NCBI GenBank assembly: GCA_964016885.1
Contig: OZ024744.1
Span: 98,022,001 to 98,086,000, forward strand
Direction of reading: 5' to 3'
Length of the DNA: 64,000 nt
DNA from: Eledone cirrhosa
Lineage: Eukaryota
A program made the position numbers and the translations under genes. Below are positions 1 to 11,849 of this stretch, piece by piece (position 1 is the stretch's first letter; the number at the start of each line of letters is the position of its first letter). The notes under the pieces were generated by a model. It saw nothing but the letters and a program-made list of their open reading frames with translations, had not been told where the DNA came from and made no database searches.

Positions 1-507
1 GTCAGTGTATGTCAGTGTCAGTGTATGTCAGTGTCAGTGTATGTCAGTATCAGTGTATGTCTGTGTCAGTATATGTCAGTGTCAGTGTATGTCTGTGTCA
101 GTGTATGTGTCAGTGTCAGTGTATATCAGTGTCAGTGTATGTCTGTGTCAGTGTATGTGTCAGTGTCAGTGTATATCAGTGTCAGTGTATGTCAGTGTCA
201 GTGTATGTCAGTGTCAGTGTATGTCTGTGTCAGTGTATGTCTGTGTCAGTGCATGTCAGTGTCAGTGTATGTCAGTGTATGTCTGTGTCAGTGTATGTCA
301 GTGTCAGTGTATGTCAGTGTCAGTATATGTCAGTGTCAGTGTATGTCAGTATCAGTGTATGTCTGTGTCAGTATATGTCAGTGTCAGTGTATGTCTGTGT
401 CAGTGTATGTCAGTGTCAGTGTATGTCAGTGTCAGTGTATATCAGTGTCAGTGTATGTCTGTGTCAGTGTATGTTTCAGTGTCAGTGTATATCAGTGTCA
501 GTGTATA
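1..507. repeat. Compound micro/minisatellite (GTCAGT/GTCAGTGTAT units)
   Basis: Tandem 6- and 10-nt units seen directly; overlapping S/V/C/Q ORFs are repeat artefacts. Confidence 0.95.
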
Positions 508-660
508 TATGTGTTGTCCAAGGAACCCTGTCCCAGTCAATACCACAATAAATTAGAACTATCCAGAATATAAAACCACCACAGTCGTAGTAGTATGTAC
601 CAATACACATCTTCCCTTTAGCTGTCATTTGTGACGGTTATAGGGGCCAGTTAGTGTAAT

Positions 661-746
661 AATAATTGTTTCTACTTTAGGCACAAGACCAGCAATTACC
701 CAGTGCATTACTGGTACTTTATTTTATCGACCCCTTAAGGATGAAA
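661..746 (-). mobile_element. tRNA-derived SINE, 3' fragment
   Basis: Reverse complement of the SINE core/tail (TTTCATCCTTAAGGGGTCGATAAAATAAAGTACCAG...AGAAACAATTATT). Confidence 0.85.
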
Positions 747-747
747 T

Positions 748-1044
748 AATAATAATGATTTCATTTATTGGTCACAAGGTTCGACATATAGGGGACAATA
801 CAATAGACTGGGACAGTGGGCGTTTACATATACAACGTGTAAACAATATAAATATCAATAGTAACAAGAAAAATACAAGAAAAATTCTCCAATATGGAGG
901 ATGACCACCCAGTGTTCACTCAGGTACCCCACTAATCCTGCACGACCCGACGCTTCGAGAGCATCCTGGACGCCCCCCCCCCCTCCCTCTCCTCCTCAAA
1001 TTTACCCACCTACAAGCCCATGATCAGCATAGGCTGACTCACAC
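748..1044 (-). mobile_element. Tx1/L1-clade LINE extreme 3' end (last codons, 3' UTR, AATAAA, (ATT)n tail)
   Basis: Minus strand reads ..VSQPMLIMGL*, then a purine-rich UTR, AATAAA and (ATT)n; same layout as the Tx1 end at 2440-2760 (..VNGPSLYISL*). Confidence 0.6.
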
Positions 1045-2400
1045 AATAATTGTTTCTACTTTAGGCAAAAGACCAGCAATTTCAGGTCGTAACTCTATAC
1101 CACAAAGTATATTGTCCGACGCGATACTGTCAATCCACGAAAAATAATTATTTCCACTTTAGGCACACAAGGCCACCAAATTGAAGGGAAGAGGAAATTC
1201 GATTAAATGGTCCCGAGTACATTACTGGTACTTTATTTTATTGACCTCCACAAGGATGAAAGGCAAAGCACCTAACTTCTGGCACAAAGCCAGCCATTGC
1301 CATAGTGCATAACTGGTACTTCGTTTTATCGACCCCGTAAGGATGAAAGGCAAAGTTAACCTCGGCAGGAGTTGAACTCAGATCATAAAGGGCCGTAACT
1401 CTATGCTGCAAAGTATGGTGTCCGACAATCAACCAATAATAATATTGTTACTACTTTTGGCACAAGGACAGCTATTTATTCCAGTTCATTACTGGTACTT
1501 TATTTTATTGACCTCTCGTAAGGATGAAAGGCAAAGTTAATCTCGGCAGGATTTGAACTTAGATCATAAAGGGCCGTAACTCTATGCTGCAAAGTATGGT
1601 GTCCGATGCTCTACCGATACTGCCAAACCACCGTTAACCCAATAATTGTTTCTACTTTTGGCACAAGGCCAGCAATTATCCCAGTGCATTACTGGTACCT
1701 TATTTTATTGACCCCGTAAGGATGAAAGGGAAAGTTAACCTCGACGGGATTTGAACTCAAAACGTAAAGGGCCGTAACTCTGTACTGCAAAGCATGGCGT
1801 CCGACCATCTACTGATATTGTTAATCCACCGCCAATAATAAATGTTTCTACTTTGGGCACGAAGACAGCTATTTACTCCAGTGTATTACTGGTATTTTAT
1901 TTTATCGGCCCCCGTAAGGATGAAAGGCAAAGTTAACCTCAGCGGGATTTGAACTCAGAACGTAAAGGGCCATGACTCTATGCTACAAAGCATGGTGTCC
2001 GACAATCAACCAATAACAATAATTGTTTCTACTTTTGGCACAAGGCCAGCAATTATACCAGTACATTACTGGTACTTTATTTTATCCGACCCCGTAAGGA
2101 TGAAAGGCAAAGTTAACCTCGACGGGATTTGAACTCAAAACGTAAAGGGACGTAACTCTATGCTGCAAAGCATGGCGTCAGACCATCTACCGATACTGCC
2201 AATCCACCGCTAATAATATTGTTTCTACTTTTGGCACAAGGCCAGCTATTACCCCAGTGTATTACTGGTACTTTGTTTTATTGACTCCCGTAAGGATGAA
2301 AGACAAAATTAACCTCGGCGGGATTTGAACTCAGAACGTAAAGGGTCATAATTATGCTGCAAAGCACGGTGTCTGACGCTCTACCGATTACTGCCAATCC
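1045..2400 (-). mobile_element. Head-to-tail array of about 8 tRNA-derived SINE copies
   Basis: Repeated ~190-200 bp units with A-box-like TGGCAGTATCGG, B-box GAGTTCAAATCC, core GCCTTTCATCCTTACGGGGTCGATAAAATAAAGTACCAG (resembles the Meta/MESC SINE core) and AGAAACAATTATT tail. Confidence 0.9.
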
Positions 2401-2439
2401 AAATTTATAAGGGTATGTTAGAAGACTAATTGATATATT

Positions 2440-3470
2440 TCTTTATTTGCCACGATAGATAGATCGATAGATAGATCAATAGATAGATAGATATGTTTCT
2501 TTATTAGCCACAGGGGCACAAAAGAAGGGGACAAATACAAAGGGGGAAGTTTACAAACAATAAAAACGTGTAAAATATTATCACAAATGTAATTTAAAAA
2601 TTAATCGATTTTCCCCAATAGCGGGAGACATTTCATATGGGTAACACATACCCCCGAAAAAGATGTGCAACCCTCATCTCCAGGAGTACGAAGAGTTTGT
2701 ACCCCTTTCCTCTCTTCCTCCCTTTCCTCAACCTACAAGCTGATATAGAGAGAAGGCCCATTAACTCGGGCCATTTTCGCCACTTTCACCCACCTTTCAT
2801 AAAACTCCGCGTCATCGCACTTGCTGCGGACCAACCCTCTATAGAATGACGAAGTGGAGTCTCCACTGATCGCCGGGTCCACTTGCCAGAGGGCTGTGAA
2901 CGCCTGAGCACATTCGATGTGCCAGTCGCCCATTTTCCTCGGTCTTTGCTTGACCCAGGACTGCAGCTCGGTCAGAGAGACGAGTCGTGGGAATGCTCGC
3001 CTCACGAACGGGGCCCACACCGGTTGTCCGGTGAGGAATACGTGGAGGTGCCGCAGCCTGAGCGCGTGTTTGCTCATCGTCAGCCACGGCATCCCCAGCC
3101 CTCCGTTTGAAGGGTGATAGCAACAGATGGATCTTCTCACCAAAGGAGCCCGTTTCTTCCAAAGGAATTGTAAGAGCACGCGCTCCATTTTGGTGAGCGT
3201 TTTGGCTGGACAAGGCACGACGGTCAAGTGGTAGTAGATGACGGACGCTATAAAAGTGTTCGCCACCTCCGCTCGACCTTTCAAGGATAGTTTGCACTCG
3301 GCCCACTTCTTCTGGGTGAGTGCAAACACCTTGGCCGTCACCTCGTTCCAGTTCTTCTCCACCTGGAAATCCGGACCAAACCAGACCCCGAGCAGCTTTA
3401 CCGGTCCTTCCGTCCAGCGTCCGACGACGCCATTGGAAGGCATCGGTTTGCCTCTCTACGATCCGAGTTG
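2440..3470 (-). mobile_element. Tx1/L1-clade LINE, 5'-truncated (post-RT ORF2, 3' UTR, (ATCT)n tail)
   Basis: ORF 2733..3443: VKLLGVWFG, LSLKGRAEVAN, GGLGMPWL, typical of Tx1 ORF2 and homologous to 47102-47400; AATAAA then (ATCT)n on the minus strand. Confidence 0.9.
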
Positions 3471-3654
3471 CAAATATGTTAGATTGACATTTCATAATAA
3501 CAATGGAGACGAAGAGAAATGTTTCGACATTCGCTGAAATCAGTACAAGGGCAGATAGTCTTATAACGTAAGAATAGATGAAGTACTAAAAGACAAGATA
3601 TTTTCGTGTTAGTCACTTTGTTGGTGATGTCTGTGAGGGTCTGTAATTTCATGA

Positions 3655-3773
3655 ATGTATGTATGTGTGTGTGTATATATATATATATATGTGTATGTGT
3701 ATATATATACATATACATATATACACATATACATATATACATATATACATATATATATACATATATTTTTTTA

Positions 3774-3810
<37 letters not shown>

Positions 3811-4032
3811 GTGTGTATGTATCTATATATATCATACATAGGTCCATTCGTACATACACACACATATATATATATATATAGATACGTACGTACGTACATA
3901 CATACATATACACACACATACATATTACACGTACATATATACATACACATGCTTATTCATTTTTATACATACATATATACATATGTACATGCATACGCAC
4001 ACATATATACACATACACACACACACAAACAA

Positions 4033-4117
<85 letters not shown>

Positions 4118-4720
4118 ACTCTTCTGCTGCCATCAGTTGACACCGTCTGCTGTTCCCACGTCCTAAATTCTACTTTAGGGAAAGATTAAAAAAAAAAAAA
4201 AAGAAAGAAAGAAAGAAAGAAAAAGAGAAAGAAAGAAAGAAAGAAATAAAGAAAGAAAAAGAAAGAGAGAGAAAGCAAGAAAAAGAACGAAGGAAAGAAA
4301 GAAGAAAAGAAAGAAAGTGAAAAAAAAAGAACTACATGACAGGATGTTCAGTATCTATAAGTAACATAAGGTTCCTGTTATTTAGATTTTCATAAACTAG
4401 TCATCACTACGACAATAATGAACCTTTTTACGGTCGTCAGACGGACGCGACGTCAGATAGAGCCGAAGACAACAACAACAAAAAGAGGGAGAAACGGAGA
4501 GAGAGAGAAGAGAGAGAAAGAGTGAGTGAGAGAGAGGGTGGTAAGGAGAGAGTGAGAAAGGGTGGCTGTGTGAGAGAGAGAAAGGGTAAGGAGAGAGAGG
4601 GAGAGAGAGAAGGGGTAAGGAGAGAGAGGGTGAGAGAGAGAGAGAGAGAGAAATCGGTAAGGAAAGAGAGGGGGTAATGAGAGAGAGAGCGAGAGAGAGA
4701 GAAAGAGAGAGAATGGGGTA

Positions 4721-4757
<37 letters not shown>

Positions 4758-4902
4758 GGTAAGGAGAAAGAGGGGTTAAGGATAGAAAGAGAGACAGAGA
4801 GAAAGAGAGAGAAGGGGTAAGGAGAGAGAGGGAGTAAGGAAAGGAAAGCGAGAGACAGAGAGAGAGGAGAGAGAGAAGGGTTAAGGAGAAAGAGGGAGAG
4901 TA

Positions 4903-4971
<69 letters not shown>

Positions 4972-5625
4972 ATGATGTATAAAATACGGGAGATTTCTTT
5001 TTTTTCTTTTTGTTTTGTTTTCAGTAGTTTAATCCAAATGTGAAAATGTTCAATATAAAAGAGCAAGTGGAGACATCTACAGGGAGAGAAATAGAAAGTA
5101 AATGCTGAAAAAGGGGAGAAAAAAATACAAAAAATAACTTCTGCTGCTCATAAACAAAACAATGTCTGTTGTTTTTGTTATTGTTGGGGCTTATTATATT
5201 TTATTTTATTTTATTTTATTTTATTTTATTTTATTTTATTTTATTTGGTTTTGATTTATTTTATTTTATTTTGTTTCATTTTATTTTATTTTATTTTATT
5301 TTATTTTATTTTATTTTATTTTATTTTATTTGGTTTTGATTTATTTTATTTTATTTTATTTTATTTTATTTTATTTTATTTTATTTTATTTTATTTTGTT
5401 TTATTTTGTGTTATTTTATTTTGTTTTATTTTATTTTATTTTATTTTATTTTATTTTATTTTATTTTATTTTATTTTATTTTATTTTATTTTATTTTATT
5501 TTATTTTATTTTATTTTATTTTATTTTATTTTATTTTATTCTATTTTATTTTATTTTATTTTATTTTGATTTATTTTATTTTATTTTATTTTATTTTATT
5601 TTATTTTATTTTATTTTATTTTATT
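3655..5625. repeat. Microsatellite-rich block: (TA)n, (CA)n, (GAAA)n, (GA)n, (ATTTT)n
   Basis: Seen directly; short unique islands lie between the tracts. Confidence 0.95.
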
Positions 5626-6049
5626 TGGGGTAGGGGTGGGTTGTTAATTTGGGTGGGGTTTCGTTATTTTTTGCTTTTTAGCTAAATGTAAAATAATATA
5701 AAATGTTTAGGTGAAATGTGTAGCTTTACAACTTTTCAGATAATGAAGTGTCAAGTAGAAATAGATGACGTTGGCAGGTGCAAAGGTGAGCTAGAATACA
5801 GTTTTCTAGCCGCCGTTTCGTTAATAGAACTGTGATGTATTTAAATTTAAAATATCACAGGAATCTATTGTCGCCATCGTTGAACGAAAGCAACACTAGT
5901 ATCCATATATATGGATTGGTCCGATTAACATTCAGTGATAAACGAAATGAATTATTTGTCTCAGAGTGGGCAACTATTGATATCAAATATCGATTTTGAA
6001 TACAGAATATATATAGACAACGTGTAGAAATCAGACAGGCAACAACGGG

Positions 6050-6760
6050 TTCTGATTTGGGCACAAAACATACAATTTTAGGGTAGAAGGAAAATCGATT
6101 AAATCGACTTTCTGGTACTTTATTTTATCTAGTACTTTATTATTAATTGTCACTAGTACTTTATTTGATCGATCCCGTAAGGATGAAAGGCAAAGCTAAC
6201 CTTGGCGGGATTTGAACTCAGAATGTAAAGGGCCATAACTTTTTTTTTTTTCATTCGATGTTGTATTAGGACAATGGGATTGATGAGTTAATATCTGTAT
6301 ACAACAACTACAACGGTACGCGATGGGGCCCACCCACAGCCCCGGCGGACAGAATTGAGAAGGCGTTTCCCCGGGCGGTCCCGTACGGACGGTCTGCCAT
6401 GACCTTCAATCGGTGGTTCCTGCTCTGGCGGGAATCGGCCTCCAGGTCAACTCGGCCAAGTCGGAGGTGGTGAATGTCAGCCTCGATGCTGCGAGCTTTG
6501 CAGCCTCTGTTTTGGACGTGCGGTCCAAACTCTATGCTGCAAAGCATATTGTCTGACACTCTACCGATACTACCAATCCACCGGCCTTAACTAAAAAATA
6601 ATAATGGCTTCTGATTTAGGCACAAGACCAACAATTTGGGGCGAACGTAAGTCGATAAAATCGATCCAGGTGCATTACTGGTACTTTATTTTATCGACCA
6701 TGTAAGGATGAAAGGCAAAGTTAACCTCGGCGAGATTTGAACTCAGAACGTAAAAATACG
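6050..6760 (-). mobile_element. Two SINE copies, the first split by a CRE insertion
   Basis: SINE core and tail motifs; the first copy is interrupted at GGCCATAACT|CTATGCTGC. Confidence 0.85.
6241..6527 (-). mobile_element. CRE-clade non-LTR retrotransposon fragment with inverted 5' part
   Basis: 6252-6373 (-) encodes RGNAFSILSAG..* (REL C-terminal 'RGNA' motif) followed by poly(A); 6374-6527 (+) encodes GGPVRTVCHDLQSVVPALAGIGLQVNSAKSEVV (post-YLDD RT segment); AACT direct repeat on both sides. Confidence 0.75.
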
Positions 6761-6894
6761 TACAATTGTTTTTTTATTATTATTATTACCTTGTAATTAC
6801 TACATTCCCACCACCAAAAACATCGTTGTCCTTGTACCTAAATCAGAAACCATTATTATTTTTATCTTCTTCGCCCACTTATTCCTGCGAGGGC

Positions 6895-7310
6895 CGGGAC
6901 GAGTCCGATAGCCGACAAGTACCGCGAGGGAAAGTTGAAAAGAACTTTTGAGAGAGAGTTCAAGAGACCGTGAAACCACCCAGGGGTTAAACGGGTAGGA
7001 CCGTTCACCGCGATCGCGAGGGGACTCAGTCCACTGCTGTTGAAGGCGCCGTCGTCGGCGGTCTCTCGTTTCGACCGGGTGACCGCCGACCGCCTCGCCG
7101 GCGCACGATTCGCGGGGTGCCATTCGGACGCACATCCCCTTTGATCCGTTGTCGCGACCCGTTCCCGTCAGGCTGGATGGCGTGCGGTGTCCGCAGGTCG
7201 GAGAGAGGCGTCCTGCTCCCGCAGCAAGGCGCTGAGCGGGTTTCCGAATCAGCGCTTCTCTCGACCGAACCCGTCGTTCGGCTAACAGAGGGGACGGGAC
7301 AAATGCGTTT
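6895..7310 (+). rRNA. Orphan 28S rRNA fragment (conserved core before D2 plus GC-rich D2 expansion), pseudogenic
   Basis: ACGAGTCCGATAGCCGACAAGTACCGCGAGGGAAAGTTGAAAAGAACTTTTGAGAGAGAGTTCAAGAGACCGTGAAACC matches the universal eukaryotic LSU core; GC-rich tract follows; no other rDNA recognised in the window. Confidence 0.88.
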
Positions 7311-7341
7311 TCAGACGCAGCACTTCGTTTATTATTTTGTA

Positions 7342-7525
7342 GTGGATTGGCAGTATCGGTAGAGGGTCGGACGCCATGCTTTGCAGCATAGTTACGTCCC
7401 TTTACGATCTGAGTTCAAATCCCGCCGAGGTTGACTTTGCCTTTCATCCTTACGGGGTGATAAAATAAAGTACCAGTAATGCACTGGTTAATTGCTGGCC
7501 TTGTGCCTAAAGTAGAAACAATTAT
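7342..7525 (+). mobile_element. tRNA-derived SINE, near full length
   Basis: A box, B box, core and tail all present. Confidence 0.92.
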
Positions 7526-7589
7526 TTTGTAATTAGAATAAATGAAGAAGTTAATACAATACTTATATCATTCTTTAGTAAACGTATCA

Positions 7590-7739
7590 AGTTGCTATTT
7601 TTGTTGTTGCTGTTGCTACTGCTGCTGTTGTTGTTGCTACTGTTGCAACTGCTGCTGTTGTTGTTGCTACTGTTGCTACTGCTGCTGTTGTTGTTGCTAC
7701 TGTTGCTACTGCTGCTGTTGTTGTTGCTACTGTTGCTAC

Positions 7740-7812
<73 letters not shown>

Positions 7813-8032
7813 ACTGTTGCTACTGCTGCAGTTGTTGTTGCTACTGTTGCTACTGCTGCTGTTGTTGTTGCTACAGTTTGCTCCTATTGCTGTTGTTGTT
7901 GTTGGTGCTATTGCTGCTGTTGTTGTTGCTACTGTTCTTGCTGTTTCTTCTGCTGCTGTTCTTGTCGCTATTACTGTTGTTGCTGTTGTTATTGTTGCTG
8001 TTATTGATGCTGTTGTTGTTACTGCTATTGTA
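7590..8032. repeat. (TGT/TGC/CTA)n trinucleotide microsatellite
   Basis: Seen directly. Confidence 0.95.
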
Positions 8033-8239
8033 GTTTAACCCCAGGTTGTATGTATGCATGTATGTATGGTCCCATAACTCCCGATAGAGTCATAGGGACA
8101 CCATATTGACATGCAGCATTTCTTGAACACTTGAAGCCTGGTGGAGCCCATCCCTCTCCAGGCCTCAGTACAGCAGACTTCTTCCAGAGAAAGATAGAAA
8201 GTGAGAGAGAGGAAATGAGAAAGAGATATAGAAGAAGAA

Positions 8240-8400
8240 ACGACCCCCAGTACTAGACTGGTACTTTTTTTTATCAACCTCGAAAGCATGGAAGACAAAG
8301 GTAACCACGGCGGGATTTGAGCTCAGAGAGCAGAGAGCCGGAACGAATACCCTAAAATCATTCTATCTGGCGTTCTAACGACTCTGCCAGTTCGCCACCA
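8240..8400 (-). mobile_element. Diverged SINE subfamily copy
   Basis: GGCGAACTGGCAGAGTCGTTAGAACG head, GAGCTCAAATCCCGCCG B box, degenerate core; a similar head fragment lies at ~13270-13332. Confidence 0.75.
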
Positions 8401-8661
8401 CATTGCAGTACATTACAATACAACAAACCAAAAACACGGTTATATAGAAATAAAACAAATATTTGGTGTTAATACAACCTTCCAAAATAGAATTCTACAC
8501 AATATTAGATTATCAATGAATGCCCGGAGTTGTGACTGGTAGATAATATCAGCAATGGAAAGACTAATGGAAACATTGGTTTCCTTGGTCTGATTTGACA
8601 AGTTCCATCCCACGATGTCTGGGATCTTATTGATTGATAAAAAAAAAAACATATATACATT

Positions 8662-8706
<45 letters not shown>

Positions 8707-8710
<4 letters not shown>

Positions 8711-9138
8711 AAAGAATAGAGGTGTAACACACAAGTTATTATATATTGGTAAACGGAATAGAAAATGCTGACAAATTGTTCACAGTTGAAAAATGGTTTA
8801 ATTAGGAATAAAAGAGTATTAGTGATTGTATGGGTTAGTATTCAGTTGTGGTTTTAAGTTTTTAAGTTTTTACCGGTTGCGCATTTCTAAATGCTTTTCA
8901 AAAATAATTTTGAGATAGAGTGTCCGTGCTGTTTGCTCAGATCAGAGCAAACAGCACGGACACTCTATCTCAAAATTATTTTTGAAAAGCATTTAGAAAT
9001 GCGCAACCGGTAAAAACTTAAAAACTTAAAACCACAACTGAATACTAACCCATACAATCACTAATACTATACTCTTTTATTCCTAATTAAACCATTTTTC
9101 AACTGTGAACAATTTGTCAGCATTTTCTATTCCGTTTA

Positions 9139-9146
<8 letters not shown>
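8707..9146. repeat. Near-perfect palindrome (~200-bp arms, 6-bp spacer) between (TA)n tracts
   Basis: 8741-8938 is the reverse complement of 8945-9146, with one small indel. Confidence 0.95.
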
Positions 9147-9196
<50 letters not shown>

Positions 9197-9203
<7 letters not shown>

Positions 9204-9431
9204 GAATAGCTTTCACCGTATTTTTGACTAAAGGAATTTTAGCCTGATAATGGGGTTTAGAACCCTCAGATAAATGGAAAAAGATGAGTATTGACGTAAT
9301 ACTCATCTTTTTCCATTTATCTGAGGGTTCTAAACCCCATTATCAGGCTAAAATTCCTTTAGTCAAAAATACGGTGAAGCTATTCTATTTTCTAATTTCA
9401 AACCTGCTCACTGTTTCAAAACATACTTACT

Positions 9432-9433
<2 letters not shown>
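9197..9433. repeat. Palindrome (~95-bp arms) between (TA)n tracts
   Basis: 9197-9292 mirrors 9298-9390; the right arm continues ~40 bp to the next (TA)n. Confidence 0.93.
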
Positions 9434-9483
<50 letters not shown>

Positions 9484-9525
9484 CAGAATATTAATAAATG
9501 AAGACATTCACATAATCAAAATATA

Positions 9526-9592
9526 TGTTTTATTATATATATTTCGAAGGTACTGTGGTGTTTTTTCAGTATGTACTCGTCAGATAAAATAC
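9526..9592 (-). ncRNA. Type I hammerhead ribozyme (mirror copy, CTGACGA core)
   Basis: Inverted, slightly diverged copy of 9752-9818. Confidence 0.75.
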
Positions 9593-9751
9593 ATGAATTG
9601 ATGTATGACATACCTCAACGGTCTTGATGGTTCAATTCCAGTATTGGCAGATGGTTCAATTCCAGTATTGGCAGATGGTTCAATTCCAGTATCTGTCAAT
9701 ACTGGAATTGAACCATCAAGACAGTTGAAGTATGTCATACATCAATTCATG

Positions 9752-9818
9752 TATTTTATCTGATGAGGATGTACTGAAAAAAACAGCACAGTACCTTCGA
9801 AATATATATAATAAAACA
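9752..9818 (+). ncRNA. Type I hammerhead ribozyme
   Basis: TTTTAT-CTGATGA-[G..GTACTG..CAGTAC..C]-GAAA-TATATA-TA|ATAAAA: core, stem II, palindromic stem III, AUA triplet, stem I. Confidence 0.85.
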
Positions 9819-9971
9819 TATATGTTGATTATGTGAATGTCTTCATTTATTAATATTCTGAATAATATTAATAACTCCAGAAAACTTCACTGTAGAGTGC
9901 TTTTAATCTATTGTAAAACTATATTCATTGAGTAATCAATGAACCATATTAATCTTTGGTTATATATATAC

Positions 9972-10005
<34 letters not shown>

Positions 10006-10006
<1 letters not shown>

Positions 10007-10750
10007 AGAAAGTAAGTCCATAGTAGAATCATTTGATAAAATATATACAGTATTTCTTCTCCCAATCAGTATAATCAACCACATTAAAAATCAATTAAAC
10101 GAGGCTATAAGTTTTAAATGTATCTATGAAGAAACAATAGATAAATAAATGATAGCCATTTTATCCGCGATCCACAGCCACAGAAGATTTACCTAATATT
10201 TCTAATAGCACGTAGAAATTGACTAGACATATAGCTAACCATACACAATTAGGTACAAAATCAAAGTTAGAAGAAAAAATGTACATAAACATACCAAAAT
10301 CATGTTTCTACCCCCGGAGGTTTCATTCGCTTTTTGGAAAAATCCTATCATGGATAAATCAACGAGTTTCGAAATCATCAGGAAACAAACTCAATTGGAC
10401 AAAGATTTTTCTTAAATGATCCCCGCCAGAAACGAATTCAAAATTCTTCTAACTTTGATTTTGTACCTAATTGTGTATGGTTAGCTATATGTCTAGTCAA
10501 TTTCTACGTGCTATTAGAAATACTAGGTAAATCTTCTGTGGCTGTGGATCGCGGATAAAATGGCTATCATTTATTTATCTATTGTTTCTTCATAGGTGCC
10601 TTTTAATCTTATAGCCTCGTTTAATTGATTTTTAATGTGGTTAATTATGCTGATTGGGAGAAGAAATACTGTATATATTTTATTAAATGGTTCCATGGAC
10701 TTACTTTCTTGTATATTGCTCTGATTATTGATTATTTAATTAATTAATTC
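10006..10750. repeat. Inverted repeat (~270-bp arms, ~170-bp spacer) next to (TA)n
   Basis: 10006-10275 mirrors 10444-10712; the spacer holds CTGATGATTTCGAAAC on the minus strand (~10366-10381), a hammerhead core lacking stem II. Confidence 0.9.
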
Positions 10751-10954
10751 GTCATTGAGCCACACCGTGAATGGTTGCCAATTTGGGGGGGGGGGGGGCG
10801 TTGTGTGTGTGTATGTATTTGTGTGTGTGTATGTATATGTATGTGTATGTCCGTCGGCGCATACGTATGTACTGGCCTAAATCTTCACTATTTACTTGTA
10901 CTATTTTAACAACCTCTGTCATTTTCGTTTTCAATTTTATTTACTATCATTCTT

Positions 10955-11432
10955 AAACTCAGGTCTTTACGAAGGTCCGACTTCCGCACCGATCTCAAGC
11001 TGTGGCACGCCGCCCAGGCCTTGCTCTTCCTCTCAACCACATCTTCTGTATTCCCAATCTTTGCTCCCAAATACAGGAAGTCCTCAACCAATTCTAGCGG
11101 CTTCCCGCCTACATTAGTGATCCCCTCTGGCTTCTCAACATTCTCTACCAGATATTTTGTTTTAGTCTCATTCATTCTCAGCCCCACACTCATCGACACA
11201 GTCTCAACCTCCTGCATCAAATCCTCTGCTTCCTTCACTGTATTTGTCACCAAAACTATAGGCTGAGATGACTTTCAGTCTTGGGTTTCCTTTGAAGGTC
11301 ACCCTCAAGACTCGCGGGGAGACAGGTATTATTACCCTCACCAATAGACTGGTTTTTTGTGCTTTTTGTGCTGAAAACAAAACCCACTCCTCCCACTGCA
11401 GCATTGGTCATGTTCCTCACTGCCGATAAGCT
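10955..11432 (-). mobile_element. RTE-clade LINE remnant with large internal deletion (APE piece fused to late RT piece)
   Basis: NAAVGGVGF..SPRVLRVTFKGNPRLKVISAYS (endonuclease) abuts VGLRMNETKTKY..VEDFLYLG (RT domains 6-7). Confidence 0.85.
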
Positions 11433-11754
11433 ACAGTGTGTATGTGTTTGTATGTATATATATATATATATATATATATAAATGAAAAGTATAGAAATTG
11501 TTGTAGCGAGAAGCCAACAGTATTCCATAACATATATGTGACTATCGCGTCAAAATGGAAAAATAGTTAACATAAGATATGGGAAAAATAATTCAGACTC
11601 AATTCAAAAGGAATCAGGATATAGATTTATCCAACAGAATTTAGAGAAATCCAGGGAAAAATCAATAGAGCCTTAACTCATGATAAAACAAAGTTTAAAG
11701 TACTCAACCTTCAATTTGGGACAACTTCAAATGCTCTGTGTGTGTGTATATGTA

Positions 11755-11794
<40 letters not shown>

Positions 11795-11849
11795 AGTATA
11801 TATGTATATATATGTGCGTGTGCCCGCGTGCGTGTCTGTGTGTGAATGT

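Larger units (their letters stand above)
9478..9960 (+). mobile_element. PLE-terminal/retrozyme-like unit with inverted 5' copy, hammerhead in each arm
   Basis: 9478-9650 mirrors 9692-9868; a hammerhead core in both arms; tail motif ACTCC..GAGTGCTT shared with PLE 3' ends at ~13600 and ~44090. Confidence 0.8.

Noticed and set aside
3520-3545. Hammerhead-like CTGAT..CGAAAC on the minus strand (similar relics at ~8980, 58138, 62140)
   Set aside because: Core nucleotides or stems are too degenerate to support a call.
7342-7430. tRNA genes at SINE heads
   Set aside because: A and B boxes are present, but spacing is extended, there is no cloverleaf, and they always run into the SINE core.
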